32,000 nucleotides of DNA, from NCBI RefSeq assembly GCF_000011805.1, contig NC_006841.2; one strand, given 5' to 3'. The notes under the pieces are model-generated. The model was not told where the DNA came from. It did not search any database and saw only the letters and a list, made by a program, of their open reading frames with translations. Every line of letters starts with the position of its first letter. Position 1 is the first letter of the stretch. A program made the position numbers and the translations under genes. The stretch is from Aliivibrio fischeri ES114 (GTDB lineage: Bacteria; Pseudomonadota; Gammaproteobacteria; Enterobacterales; Vibrionaceae). This document shows positions 18,889 through 27,853 of the stretch, one piece after another.

Positions 18889-19788
18889 TTAGATAGAATT
18901 GATAACGTTTGGTTACAGTCATTTTTTTCCGTTTATGAAAAACATAGTTTTGCTAAAGCCTCTGAACACTTAGCAATTCCAAGTTCTAACGTCAGCCGAC
19001 ATATCCAACAACTAGAATCAATATTGGGTGAAAAGTTATTCTATCGAACAACTCGTAAAGTAACCCCTACACTAATGGGTGAGCGTCTTTTCCAAGAGAT
19101 TAGAGAACCATTGTACAACCTTAATCAGTCACTACAGCGACTGAGTGAGGCACCGACCTCTCTTAAAGGAAGTATTCGATTGAGTTCTCCAGACATACCT
19201 ATTATTGGAGAGGTTTTAGCGGATTTTTTAACCACGTATACAGACATCAAATTGTACTGTGAGCACAGTACCGCGATTGAAAATGCTATCTTAAATGACC
19301 CCGATATTATTATTAGTTTTGAGCGAGGAGCCCTCGATGATCGGGATTGGGTATCGAAGCCACTTTGTCAATGGGAAACTGCTATCTTAGCTTCTAAAGA
19401 GTGTATTAACCGCTACGGCTTACCAGAAAATCTAACTGAACTGGAGTCAATGCCTTGTATATCAAGCTATAAATCCTTTGGAGGAACTCCTTGGATTTTC
19501 ACTATGCCAGAGTCAAATGAATTTAAAACACTATCCCCAAAATCAAGAATAAAAGTAGATGGAGGATTTACGGCAAAAGCTTTTGCACAACGTGGACTTG
19601 GGTTTGTCGCTCTACCCACTAGCTTCTGCTCAGACGAAATAGCACAGGGTGAATTACAACAGGTTTCTGTAGATTATGATTTGTCTCCACTGACAATATT
19701 CATTCATTATCGTGCAATTAATTTTCACTCACATCTATCAAAGTTACTTGTAAATTTTATCACTACTAAAATGTCTTATAGCTCATAA
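18889..19788 (+). CDS. LysR family transcriptional regulator, divergent from the hydrolase
   Basis: HTH SVYEKHSFAKASEHLAIPSSNVSRHIQQLESILGEKLFYRTTRKVTPTLMGE and effector domain. Track start is 18853; Met13 (MLDRIDNVWLQSFFSVYEKHSF) is the typical LysR start. Confidence 0.9.
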   Translation, partial: LDRIDNVWLQSFFSVYEKHSFAKASEHLAIPSSNVSRHIQQLESILGEKLFYRTTRKVTPTLMGERLFQEIREPLYNLNQSLQRLSEAPTSLKGSIRLSSPDIPIIGEVLADFLTTYTDIKLYCEHSTAIENAILNDPDIIISFERGALDDRDWVSKPLCQWETAILASKECINRYGLPENLTELESMPCISSYKSFGGTPWIFTMPESNEFKTLSPKSRIKVDGGFTAKAFAQRGLGFVALPTSFCSDEIAQGELQQVSVDYDLSPLTIFIHYRAINFHSHLSKLLVNFITTKMSYSS

Positions 19789-19885
19789 TAAGGCAAAAAT
19801 AAGCCAGCTCTAGCCTCGTTAACTCAAAGAACTACTAGACGCAGAACGAATCGTTCGTAATAGTTCAACCAACATATAAAACAAA

Positions 19886-19912
19886 AAAAGCGAGCCATCA
19901 TAGCTCGCTTTT
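19886..19912. terminator. ackA terminator
   Basis: AAAAGCGAGC-catcata-GCTCGCTTTT, 10-bp stem, A/T tracts on both sides (potentially bidirectional). Confidence 0.85.
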
Positions 19913-19936
19913 CAATATTCTGTATTTTAGAAGAAA

Positions 19937-21133
19937 TTACAGTAGTTCAACCGATTGTTGTGCGATTACGAATTCTTCGTTAGTTGGGATAACCATAGCA
20001 ACAGCGTTCAACATTTCTGATTTAGCAATAATACCATCAGCGCCAAAACGAGCACCTTCGTTACCTGCAACATCTTCAACAAAACCAAGAATCTTAAGGT
20101 TGCTTAAGATCTCACGACGGATTGGTAATGAGTTCTCACCGATACCACCAGTGAAGATGATGCCATCTAAAGAATCTAATGCCGCTAGGTAAGAAGCCAC
20201 GTACTTAGCAACACGGTATGTAAACACTTGGAATGCTAATGTTGCACCTTCGTGTCCCTCTTCCATTGCTTCAAGGATACCACGAGCATCACTTGTTAGA
20301 CCGGACACACCTAGGAAACCAGACTCTTTATTTAGAGAGTTAAACACTTGCTCTTGTGACCAACCTTTCTTAAGTAGGTATTCAATGATACCTGGGTCTA
20401 AGTCACCACAACGTGTACCCATCATTAGACCTGAAAGCGGAGTGAAGCCCATTGATGTGTCTACACTGTTACCATCTTTAATTGCACAAACTGATGCGCC
20501 ATTACCTAGGTGAACAGAAATAAAGTTCGACTCTTCAATCGGTTTATTGATCATTTTTGCAGCTTCACGGCTTACAAAGTAGTGACTTGTACCGTGGAAA
20601 CCGTAACGACGAACACCAAAATCAGTATATAACTCTTTAGCAATAGCACCAGTGTATGCACGCTTAGGCATAGTTTGGTGGAACGCTGTGTCAAATACCG
20701 CAAATTGAGGGAGAGAAGGGAAGGCTTCAACAGCAGCACGAATGCCAATAGCGCCAGCTGGGTTATGAAGAGGAGCTAAGTCAGATAGACTTTCAATTTC
20801 TTTTGTTACTTCTTCATTAATACGAACTGTCTTAGTAAATTTTTCACCGCCGTGAACGATACGGTGACCGATAGCAACGATACCATCAGTAAAACCTAAC
20901 TCTTCTGTTAGACCTACTAATTTACCAATAGCTATCTTATGGTGGTTTTCATTACCTTCAATGGCAATTTCTGTTTTCTGTCCTTGATACTTCCAGCTCA
21001 TACGAGCATCTTCAAGGCCAAAACACTCACCTAACCCGCTTAATACTGCATCACCAGAAACAGAATCGATTACAGCAAACTTAAGTGAAGAGCTGCCTGA
21101 ATTGATAACTAATACGTATTCGTTGTTCATCAT
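19937..21133 (-). CDS. ackA: Acetate kinase
   Basis: 398 aa; VLVINSGSSSLKFAVID, VGHRIVHGGEKF, FDTAFHQTMP, RRYGFHGTSHYFV, HLGNGASVCAI, GFTPLSGLMMGTRCGDLDP, IIFTGGIGENS. Confidence 0.97.
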   Translation of the reverse strand: MMNNEYVLVINSGSSSLKFAVIDSVSGDAVLSGLGECFGLEDARMSWKYQGQKTEIAIEGNENHHKIAIGKLVGLTEELGFTDGIVAIGHRIVHGGEKFTKTVRINEEVTKEIESLSDLAPLHNPAGAIGIRAAVEAFPSLPQFAVFDTAFHQTMPKRAYTGAIAKELYTDFGVRRYGFHGTSHYFVSREAAKMINKPIEESNFISVHLGNGASVCAIKDGNSVDTSMGFTPLSGLMMGTRCGDLDPGIIEYLLKKGWSQEQVFNSLNKESGFLGVSGLTSDARGILEAMEEGHEGATLAFQVFTYRVAKYVASYLAALDSLDGIIFTGGIGENSLPIRREILSNLKILGFVEDVAGNEGARFGADGIIAKSEMLNAVAMVIPTNEEFVIAQQSVELL

Positions 21134-21439
21134 TATTCTCTTTTATAGATATGTAGGTTGCACATTAGAGTCGTGCCTTTTGTTGCTACAACCCATTATT
21201 CAACTATTTTTTAATGATTCAACTTTTGTTTTAGCACCTATCTACATTTTTGTCATAAACATGTCTTAGATCAATTTTTGAGAAATTATTTTTTAACTAT
21301 GTAAACGTTTTCTTTAAATAAATTTTACAAACATTCTGTTAACTAGCTCGTACTTGAATTATTCAATATAGGATATTTATTGATTTGTAACTAACATCAC
21401 TTAGGATGATGTAACGACTGTAATTAACTAAAAATAATA

Positions 21440-22435
21440 ATGAAAATATTAATTTGCGATGATTCAAAAATCGCTCGGAAATCATTAGCTCGTAATATAA
21501 AAAACACCAGTGAAGTTAATGTTTTCTATGCTGAAAATGGTAAAGAAGGATTACAAATTTTATCTGAGCATGACATTGATGTTCTCTTTCTTGACCTTAC
21601 CATGCCTATCATGGATGGCTTTGAAGTATTGGCTTCTTTACCGGTAAATTCTTATCAAACTCATATCATTGTTGTCTCTGCTGATATACAAGAAAAAGCC
21701 AGACAACGATGCTATGAGCTTGGCGCAAAAGAGTTTATTGAAAAACCATTTAGCAATGACGTTATTCAACAAGTATTTAAAAAATATCAAATACCATTAC
21801 TCAACACCGTTGCAACTTCTCAATCAAAGAGAGCAAAAAACAGTTCATCCATTGACATTATCTCCAGTATTAAAGAAATCAGTAACGTTGCTCTTGGTGC
21901 CAGCGCTGCTCTTATTTCTGAACAATTTGATCGCTTCATTGATATGCCTCTACCCAATGTCGCTACATTGCATCGTTCTGAATTAAAAATGGTTCTTCAA
22001 GATATTATTAATAACTCTGAGTACCGAGCTATCTCTCAACGTTTTGTTGGATATGGGATCAACGGAGAGGCGCTTGTTTGTTTACATGGTGATAATTTAA
22101 AAGAATTACTTAGCGTTAATGACAGCGGTAAAAATACAACGACCAATGAAGCCATTCTTGATATCGCTAACCTACTTGTCTCTGCTTTTCTCTTATCTTT
22201 TAGCAAACAATTGGACATCGCCATTTCATTACGCCAACCCAGCGTTTTAAATAGTGATCAATTAAAAACAGCACTCAAAGATAACCATCAATTTTTAGGG
22301 GAATATGAGAAAGATATTTTTACTATTGAGTTTGTTTATTCTGCAGAAAGTATGGATTTAAAATGTGATGTTATCTTCTTAATGGATAACGATTCTTTGT
22401 CTGCCATTAAATCAATTTTAGAGAGTGTTTTATAA
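21440..22435 (+). CDS. Response regulator receiver domain fused to a CheC/CheX-like phosphatase-type domain
   Basis: REC domain (MKILICDDSKIARKSLARNI..., LFLDLTMPIMDGFEVLA, VSADIQEKA, FIEKPF). Then CheC-like helices SIKEISNVALGASAALISEQFDRFIDMPLPNV and NEAILDIANLLVSAFLLSFSKQL. Confidence 0.85.
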   Translation: MKILICDDSKIARKSLARNIKNTSEVNVFYAENGKEGLQILSEHDIDVLFLDLTMPIMDGFEVLASLPVNSYQTHIIVVSADIQEKARQRCYELGAKEFIEKPFSNDVIQQVFKKYQIPLLNTVATSQSKRAKNSSSIDIISSIKEISNVALGASAALISEQFDRFIDMPLPNVATLHRSELKMVLQDIINNSEYRAISQRFVGYGINGEALVCLHGDNLKELLSVNDSGKNTTTNEAILDIANLLVSAFLLSFSKQLDIAISLRQPSVLNSDQLKTALKDNHQFLGEYEKDIFTIEFVYSAESMDLKCDVIFLMDNDSLSAIKSILESVL

Positions 22436-23397
22436 TGAATTCTGATATGAGTGATTTTCATTGGGCCATGCAGATCATTGGTGATTTAGATGCAGGCTTA
22501 ATTGTGGTAGATAAAAATTTTAAGGTGTGTGCTTGGAACAACTTTATGCAATCTTACAGCGGTATTACCGCTGAGAAAATTCTTAACCATAATCTATTTG
22601 AAGTTGTTCCTGATTTACCAAAATCTTGGTTAGTTAAAAAAGTCATGGCCTCCTTTAGTTTAAATACTCGTGGTTTCTCCTGCTGGGAAGATAGGCCTTA
22701 TCTATTTAAATTTAAGAACTTTACGCCTATTTCGAATGGATTAACCGAGATGCGCCAAAACATTACATTTTCTCCTCTAACAGACGTAAATGGTAACGTT
22801 TCGCACATCAGTTTAATCATTCATGATGTTACCGAAATTGCAAAAAACACATTGCACCTAGAAAATTCCAACCACCAACTTTCTACTTTAAGTAAAATCG
22901 ATGGCTTAACACAGCTTTATAATCGTGCTTATTGGGAATCATGTTTAAAAAAAGAATTTAATGAAGCAAGAGCGGCGGAAAGGGTATCATCCATTGTGAT
23001 GTTTGATATTGACCACTTTAAGAAGGTCAATGATAACTTTGGGCATACTGTAGGTGATGATGTTATTCGTGATGCAGCTGAACTATTAAGAAAAACCTCG
23101 CGTAACACAGATATTTGTGGGCGATATGGTGGTGAAGAGTTTACCGTTATTCTGCCATATACAAACGCTGAGCAAGCTTTCTATTTCACTGAGCGTTTAC
23201 GTAAACGCATTGAAAACAGCACCATTTCAACTGAAAATGAAGAAATTCATTATCGAGTTAGTTTAGGTATTTGTGAGCTATCAAACGAACATCCTGATCA
23301 CTTATCGTGGCTAGAAGCGGCTGATAAAGCACTTTACTATTCAAAAGAGAATGGACGAAATCAATCTAACGTGTTTTGCACCACCTTAATGCCATAA
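22435..23397 (+). CDS. PAS-GGDEF diguanylate cyclase
   Basis: N-terminal PAS (LDAGLIVVDKNFKVCAWNNFMQSYSGITAEKILNHNLFEVVPDL). GGDEF domain with intact GGEEF (GRYGGEEFTVILP) and an RxxD I-site-like motif (RNTD) five residues upstream. Start codon overlaps the previous stop (TAATG). Confidence 0.93.
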   Translation: MNSDMSDFHWAMQIIGDLDAGLIVVDKNFKVCAWNNFMQSYSGITAEKILNHNLFEVVPDLPKSWLVKKVMASFSLNTRGFSCWEDRPYLFKFKNFTPISNGLTEMRQNITFSPLTDVNGNVSHISLIIHDVTEIAKNTLHLENSNHQLSTLSKIDGLTQLYNRAYWESCLKKEFNEARAAERVSSIVMFDIDHFKKVNDNFGHTVGDDVIRDAAELLRKTSRNTDICGRYGGEEFTVILPYTNAEQAFYFTERLRKRIENSTISTENEEIHYRVSLGICELSNEHPDHLSWLEAADKALYYSKENGRNQSNVFCTTLMP

Positions 23398-23430
23398 ATC
23401 ACTTCTATCCATTTTATCTAGACAGAAAAA

Positions 23431-23454
23431 AACCGAAGTGATAATACTTCGGTT
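23431..23454. terminator. Terminator-like hairpin between the GGDEF gene and malG
   Basis: AACCGAAGT-gataat-ACTTCGGTT with an A-tract on its left, i.e. a U-tract for minus-strand transcripts. Confidence 0.65.
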
Positions 23455-23611
23455 CTGATTACAACAAGTAAAGTCGCTTCCTGCAACACTTACCCAGCTA
23501 TGCGTAATGCCAATATTGCGCTGAACACTTTACCGATCGGCGACCAAACCATCATAAAGCTCTTCACGCAGTGGACCCTGCCCAAAAATGTACGGGTCCG
23601 TATAATTATCG

Positions 23612-24502
23612 TTATCCTTTTACACCACCGGCTGTCAAACCACCTACGAGGAACTTCTGAGCTAGTAAGAAAACCAATGTAATAGGTAATGCTGATAATA
23701 CTGCAGCGGCCGCAAAATCACCCCATAAGTAGTTCTGAGGGTATAAATATTGTTGCATACCAACTGCTAATGTGTATGAGTTTACATCAGAAAGTAGTAA
23801 AGATGCTACAGGAACCTCAGTAATTACACCAATAAATGACAAAATAAACACAACAGCCAAAATTGGAACAGATAATGGCAGTAAAACAAGACGGAAAGCT
23901 TGCCAAGGCGTAGCACCATCTAATGCGGCCGCTTCTTCTAACGAACCATCGATCGTTTCAAAGTACCCCTTGATCGTCCATACATGCAATGCGATCCCAC
24001 CAAGGTAGGCGAAGATCAAGCCACCATGCGTATTTAAGCCTAAGAATGGTATGTACTGACCTAACTTATCAAATAAGGCGTACAGAGCAACCAAAGCCAA
24101 TACCGCTGGGAACATTTGGAAAATCATCATACCTTTTAGTAGTGTTTCTTTACCTTTAAAACGCAGACGGGCAAAGGCATAAGCACTGGTTGTTGATAAA
24201 GCGACAATTAATACAGAACTGATAGCTGCAATTTTTACTGAATTCCATAACCAAGTTAACACAGGGAATGGAGGCTGAGTGGTTGAGCCATCAGCATGCT
24301 CAACGGCAATACCTAGTGCAAGTTTCCAGTGCTCTAATGATGGGCTTTCTGGAATAATACTGCCTGTTGCAAAGTTACCTTCACGGAATGAAATCGTAAT
24401 AACCATCAATAATGGGAAAATGATCATTGCTAAGAAAATCCACATTGCAATGTGTGTTGCCCAAACGCGATATTTTAAGTTTTTTCCTTGAACCATTGGC
24501 AT
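23612..24502 (-). CDS. malG: Maltose/maltodextrin ABC transporter permease MalG
   Basis: 296 aa; [31 protein letters not shown] (EAA loop) and the characteristic C-terminus [12 protein letters not shown]. Confidence 0.96.
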   Translation of the reverse strand: MPMVQGKNLKYRVWATHIAMWIFLAMIIFPLLMVITISFREGNFATGSIIPESPSLEHWKLALGIAVEHADGSTTQPPFPVLTWLWNSVKIAAISSVLIVALSTTSAYAFARLRFKGKETLLKGMMIFQMFPAVLALVALYALFDKLGQYIPFLGLNTHGGLIFAYLGGIALHVWTIKGYFETIDGSLEEAAALDGATPWQAFRLVLLPLSVPILAVVFILSFIGVITEVPVASLLLSDVNSYTLAVGMQQYLYPQNYLWGDFAAAAVLSALPITLVFLLAQKFLVGGLTAGGVKG

Positions 24503-24570
24503 ATCAATGAATCCTTATTTTTTGAAGTTAAGTAGCTAAATATCACTTTAGATAAATAGCTACTCAAACA

Positions 24571-26124
24571 TTAATTATTTGATAATTTTGTAAAACGTAG
24601 GTTCAGTAGTGCCAGACCACCTACTAGTAAGAAGATCAACGTCGCTATCGCACTTGCCAGACCAAAGTCTTGACCACCACTACCTTCAAACGCAATTCGG
24701 TAGGTATAACTTACTAATAAGTCCGTATAACCCGCAGGCTCTGTTGTACCTATCATGTTTGGACCACCTTTAGTTAATAAGGCAATCATTACAAAGTTAT
24801 TAAAGTTAAAAGCAAATGCTGCAATTAATAATGGTGTTAATGGTTTCACCATCATAGGAACCGTGATCTTCAAGAAGTTTTGAAGTGGTCCAGCACCATC
24901 AATGGCTGATGCTTCATACAAATCTTCAGGTATAGACTTCAATAGCCCCATACATAAGATCATCATGTATGGAAAACCTAACCAAGTATTTACAATCAAT
25001 ACCATCACTTTTGCAGTGAACGGATCAGAGAACCAATTTGGTTGAATACCAAACATGCTGTCTAATAGCATATTGATCTCACCAAAACTTTGGTTAAACA
25101 AGCCTCGGAAAATCAAGATTGAAATGAACGCTGGTACCGCATAAGGGAGTATTAACAATAAACGATAAACGGCACGTCCCTTTAACTCTTCCCATTGTAC
25201 AACTGCGGCAAGCACTAGGCCGATCGCAAGCGTAAATACAACAGTACAAGTTGCAAAAATTACTGTCCAAATAAAGATACTAATGAAAGGCTCTTTGATG
25301 CCGTCATCTTTCCAAATACGCTCAAAGTTTGCGCCACCAACATTAACGATAAAGCCAGGAGAAATTGGGTCACCAACAAAGACATCGTTATCATCTACTT
25401 CTTGATAAAAACCCGTATCGTGATTTGCTTTAAAATACGTTTCTGTTTTGTTGTTATAGAGCGTTTCGCCATCTTCTTGCATAACAAACAGTGGACCAAC
25501 CGCCGCAAACTTACGTAACCCACTCATTTGGATCTCTTCACCTGATGGTAAAGAAAGCGTGATAAGATTTAAATTTGGGCGCTTAGCAATGATCTGCTTA
25601 ATTGTTGCTTTTTTGCCTTTAACAGAATCCACAGGAGCTAATTCAAGTTTGCGCTCAACGGCCTCAGCTAAATTAAAGGTTTCTGTTGCGAATAATTGTC
25701 CAGAATCTTTAATCGTTAACGCATAACCATTACCTTGATTCATTAACTGAAAACTATAACTTTTTCCGCTTTGGTATGTTTTCGTTAAATGCACAGCTTG
25801 TGCTCGTTCAAGGGTGACTTGGTTCGTTGCGCTGTAGTTTGTAAATGCTAAACCAACCGTATAAACCAATGGGAAAATAATGAATAAAATCATCCCTGCG
25901 ATACCCGGATAGGTATAACGGTGAGCGTAATTCTTTTTACTACCAAACACATAAACTGCAAGTGCCGTTAATACGAGTGTTAACATTGCAAATGCAGTTT
26001 CACCACGAGAATACATAAGAACACAAACGTAACCATTCAGTGCTGCTACGGCAGATAAAATCCCCCATTTCAGTACAGATTTATAATTCGTTTGAGAAGC
26101 AACTGCTGTTGTCATAAGCTTCAA
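24571..26124 (-). CDS. malF: Maltose/maltodextrin ABC transporter permease MalF
   Basis: 517 aa with a long periplasmic P2 loop; EAA motif YEASAIDGAGPLQNFLKITVPMMVKPLTPLLIAAFAFNFNNF; DLLVSYTYRIAFEG. Confidence 0.96.
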   Translation of the reverse strand: MKLMTTAVASQTNYKSVLKWGILSAVAALNGYVCVLMYSRGETAFAMLTLVLTALAVYVFGSKKNYAHRYTYPGIAGMILFIIFPLVYTVGLAFTNYSATNQVTLERAQAVHLTKTYQSGKSYSFQLMNQGNGYALTIKDSGQLFATETFNLAEAVERKLELAPVDSVKGKKATIKQIIAKRPNLNLITLSLPSGEEIQMSGLRKFAAVGPLFVMQEDGETLYNNKTETYFKANHDTGFYQEVDDNDVFVGDPISPGFIVNVGGANFERIWKDDGIKEPFISIFIWTVIFATCTVVFTLAIGLVLAAVVQWEELKGRAVYRLLLILPYAVPAFISILIFRGLFNQSFGEINMLLDSMFGIQPNWFSDPFTAKVMVLIVNTWLGFPYMMILCMGLLKSIPEDLYEASAIDGAGPLQNFLKITVPMMVKPLTPLLIAAFAFNFNNFVMIALLTKGGPNMIGTTEPAGYTDLLVSYTYRIAFEGSGGQDFGLASAIATLIFLLVGGLALLNLRFTKLSNN

Positions 26125-26260
26125 GACCTTTTAAAAATACCAACCTAGTAAGCCCACTTAGATAAAATAGGCTTACTCATGTGGATATTAAAGAAGAGAT
26201 GATTCGCTATTATTAGGAGAGAAGTAAACCTCCCCTCCTAATTGTATGACTAATAAGGTG

Positions 26261-27445
26261 TTATTTAGTCATGCGTTTTTCAGCAGCAGCTAGTGCATCA
26301 GTCACCATTTGACGACCGTCAACAACGTTACCTAATGCTTCTTCCATGCTGTACCAGAAAGTAGTGAATTGAGGAATGTTCGGCATGATTTCACCATTCA
26401 TTGCATTATTCATTGTCGCAGCAATACGAGAATCGGTATCAAGTTGCTTTTGGAATGAATTTAAAGCTACAGCACCTAAAGGTTTATCGTCATTTAAGCT
26501 TTTCAGACCTTCATCAGTTAGCAAGTAACTTTCAAAAAACTCAACGGCTAAATCTTTGTTTGGAGATACTGCGCTGATACCACCAACCCATACACCAACG
26601 AATGGTTTAGATGCCTGACCATGGAATTTAGGCAGTGTCGTTACTCCATAATCAATGCCCGCTTTTTCGATGTTTGCCCAGCCCCAAGGACCGTTAATCA
26701 TCATACCCACATTGCCTTTAACAAATTCAGACTCAGCAACTGAGTAATCCATATCTGCCGAAATGGTTTTGTCTTTCACCATAGTTTCGATGAACGTCAT
26801 TGCATCTTGAACGCCTTTTTGGTTTACACCAGCGTTTTTAATGTCGTAACCTTCAGCGGTTTTCTTAAATGCATATCCGCCATCTGCTGCTAATAAAGGC
26901 CAAGTGAAATAAGCCCCACCACGAAGTGGCCACATGATCGCTTTTTGGCCATTCTTCATCATTTCCTTATCTAAAGCAGGGATTTCTTCCCAGTTTTTAG
27001 GTGGATTTTTGATAAGAGCTTTATTGTAAATAAGAGATACAGATTCAATAGCTACAGGGTAAGCAATTGTTTTTCCTTTGTATTCTACTGCATCCCATGC
27101 AAAATCAACGATTTCAGACTTCAACTCTTCTGAAGGTTTAATTTCCGCTAATAGGCCCGCTTCCGCAAAACCACCAAAACGGTCGTGTGCGTAAAAAATC
27201 ATGTCAGGACCATCGCCTGCAGCTGCTACTTGTGCAAATTTTTCTTCTGCTTTGTCTGGGAACGATACAGTTACTTTAATTCCTGTATCTTCTTCAAAAC
27301 GTTTACCTACTTCAGCCATACCTTCGTAAGCTTTATCACCCGTTACCCAAATCGTTAATTGACCTTCTTCAATTGCAGCAGAAGCGTTAATAGAACCAAG
27401 AGCTGCCATTGTGCATAGTGCGACAGTACTGAGGACTTTTTTCAT
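26261..27445 (-). CDS. malE: Periplasmic maltose/maltodextrin-binding protein MalE
   Basis: 394 aa; signal peptide [23 protein letters not shown]; [35 protein letters not shown]; [24 protein letters not shown]. Confidence 0.97.
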   Translation of the reverse strand: MKKVLSTVALCTMAALGSINASAAIEEGQLTIWVTGDKAYEGMAEVGKRFEEDTGIKVTVSFPDKAEEKFAQVAAAGDGPDMIFYAHDRFGGFAEAGLLAEIKPSEELKSEIVDFAWDAVEYKGKTIAYPVAIESVSLIYNKALIKNPPKNWEEIPALDKEMMKNGQKAIMWPLRGGAYFTWPLLAADGGYAFKKTAEGYDIKNAGVNQKGVQDAMTFIETMVKDKTISADMDYSVAESEFVKGNVGMMINGPWGWANIEKAGIDYGVTTLPKFHGQASKPFVGVWVGGISAVSPNKDLAVEFFESYLLTDEGLKSLNDDKPLGAVALNSFQKQLDTDSRIAATMNNAMNGEIMPNIPQFTTFWYSMEEALGNVVDGRQMVTDALAAAEKRMTK

Positions 27446-27645
27446 TGTGAATCCTTCCTTTTATAATTAATGAATCATCGGTAGGGTTGAAGTTAAAGTA
27501 GATGATGATTCAATTCTCAAGGTGTATTTTCATCAATTCATCACTCTTATTCATCCTCCTACTCTCTACGCCTTTTTAGTCGCCAACCAAAAGCGTGATC
27601 TCCATCTTGATATGTGTAGTGTAAGTTCACAAAACCAAGTTGAAA

Positions 27646-27661
27646 TGAGATCGCGTTCACA
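27646..27661. promoter_or_regulatory. CRP-site-like sequence in the malE-malK divergent region
   Basis: TGAGATCGCGTTCACA matches TGTGA-N6-TCACA with one mismatch. Confidence 0.55.
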
Positions 27662-27718
27662 TTGAAATTTAAAAAAACTTTGAACTCCATCTAATTAGTT
27701 TAAAAACGTGATCTAAGT

Positions 27719-27765
27719 ACTCCTCCCCCCTACTCCCCCAGAAAAAAAACAGAGGAGGAGGATGA
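27719..27765. promoter_or_regulatory. Cluster of MalT-box-like sequences in the malE-malK divergent region
   Basis: Compared with the consensus GGGGAKGAGG: rc 27719-27728 GGGGAGGAGT (9/10), rc 27729-27738 GGGGAGTAGG (9/10), + strand 27752-27761 GAGGAGGAGG (9/10), plus core GGATGA at 27760-27765. Confidence 0.7.
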
Positions 27766-27853
27766 CTCAACCCATGTTTTGCTTAAGAATGTAGTCATAA
27801 AGCCAATTCCATTGGTAACGAATTTTTAAAATTGAATAATGAGGATAGACACA

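Noticed and set aside
16006-19788. Idea that catB, two LysR genes and the hydrolase form a resistance island with mobile element
   Set aside because: No transposase, integrase, attC or IS-like terminal repeats were found; only the ackA-end direct repeat supports acquisition, and only for the hydrolase/LysR part.
19846-19858. Short palindrome ACGAATCGTTCGT upstream of the ackA terminator
   Set aside because: Too short and isolated to interpret; it could be a chance occurrence in a spacer.
21669-22224. ORFs 21669..21986 (+) and 22036..22224 (-) inside the REC-CheC gene
   Set aside because: Different frame/strand of a gene with clear domain content.
23772-24491. Plus-strand ORFs over malG
   Set aside because: Antisense to malG, no support.
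27721-27765. Purine/pyrimidine runs near malK considered as a novel repeat element
   Set aside because: Better explained as MalT-box-like sites given the position between malE and malK.
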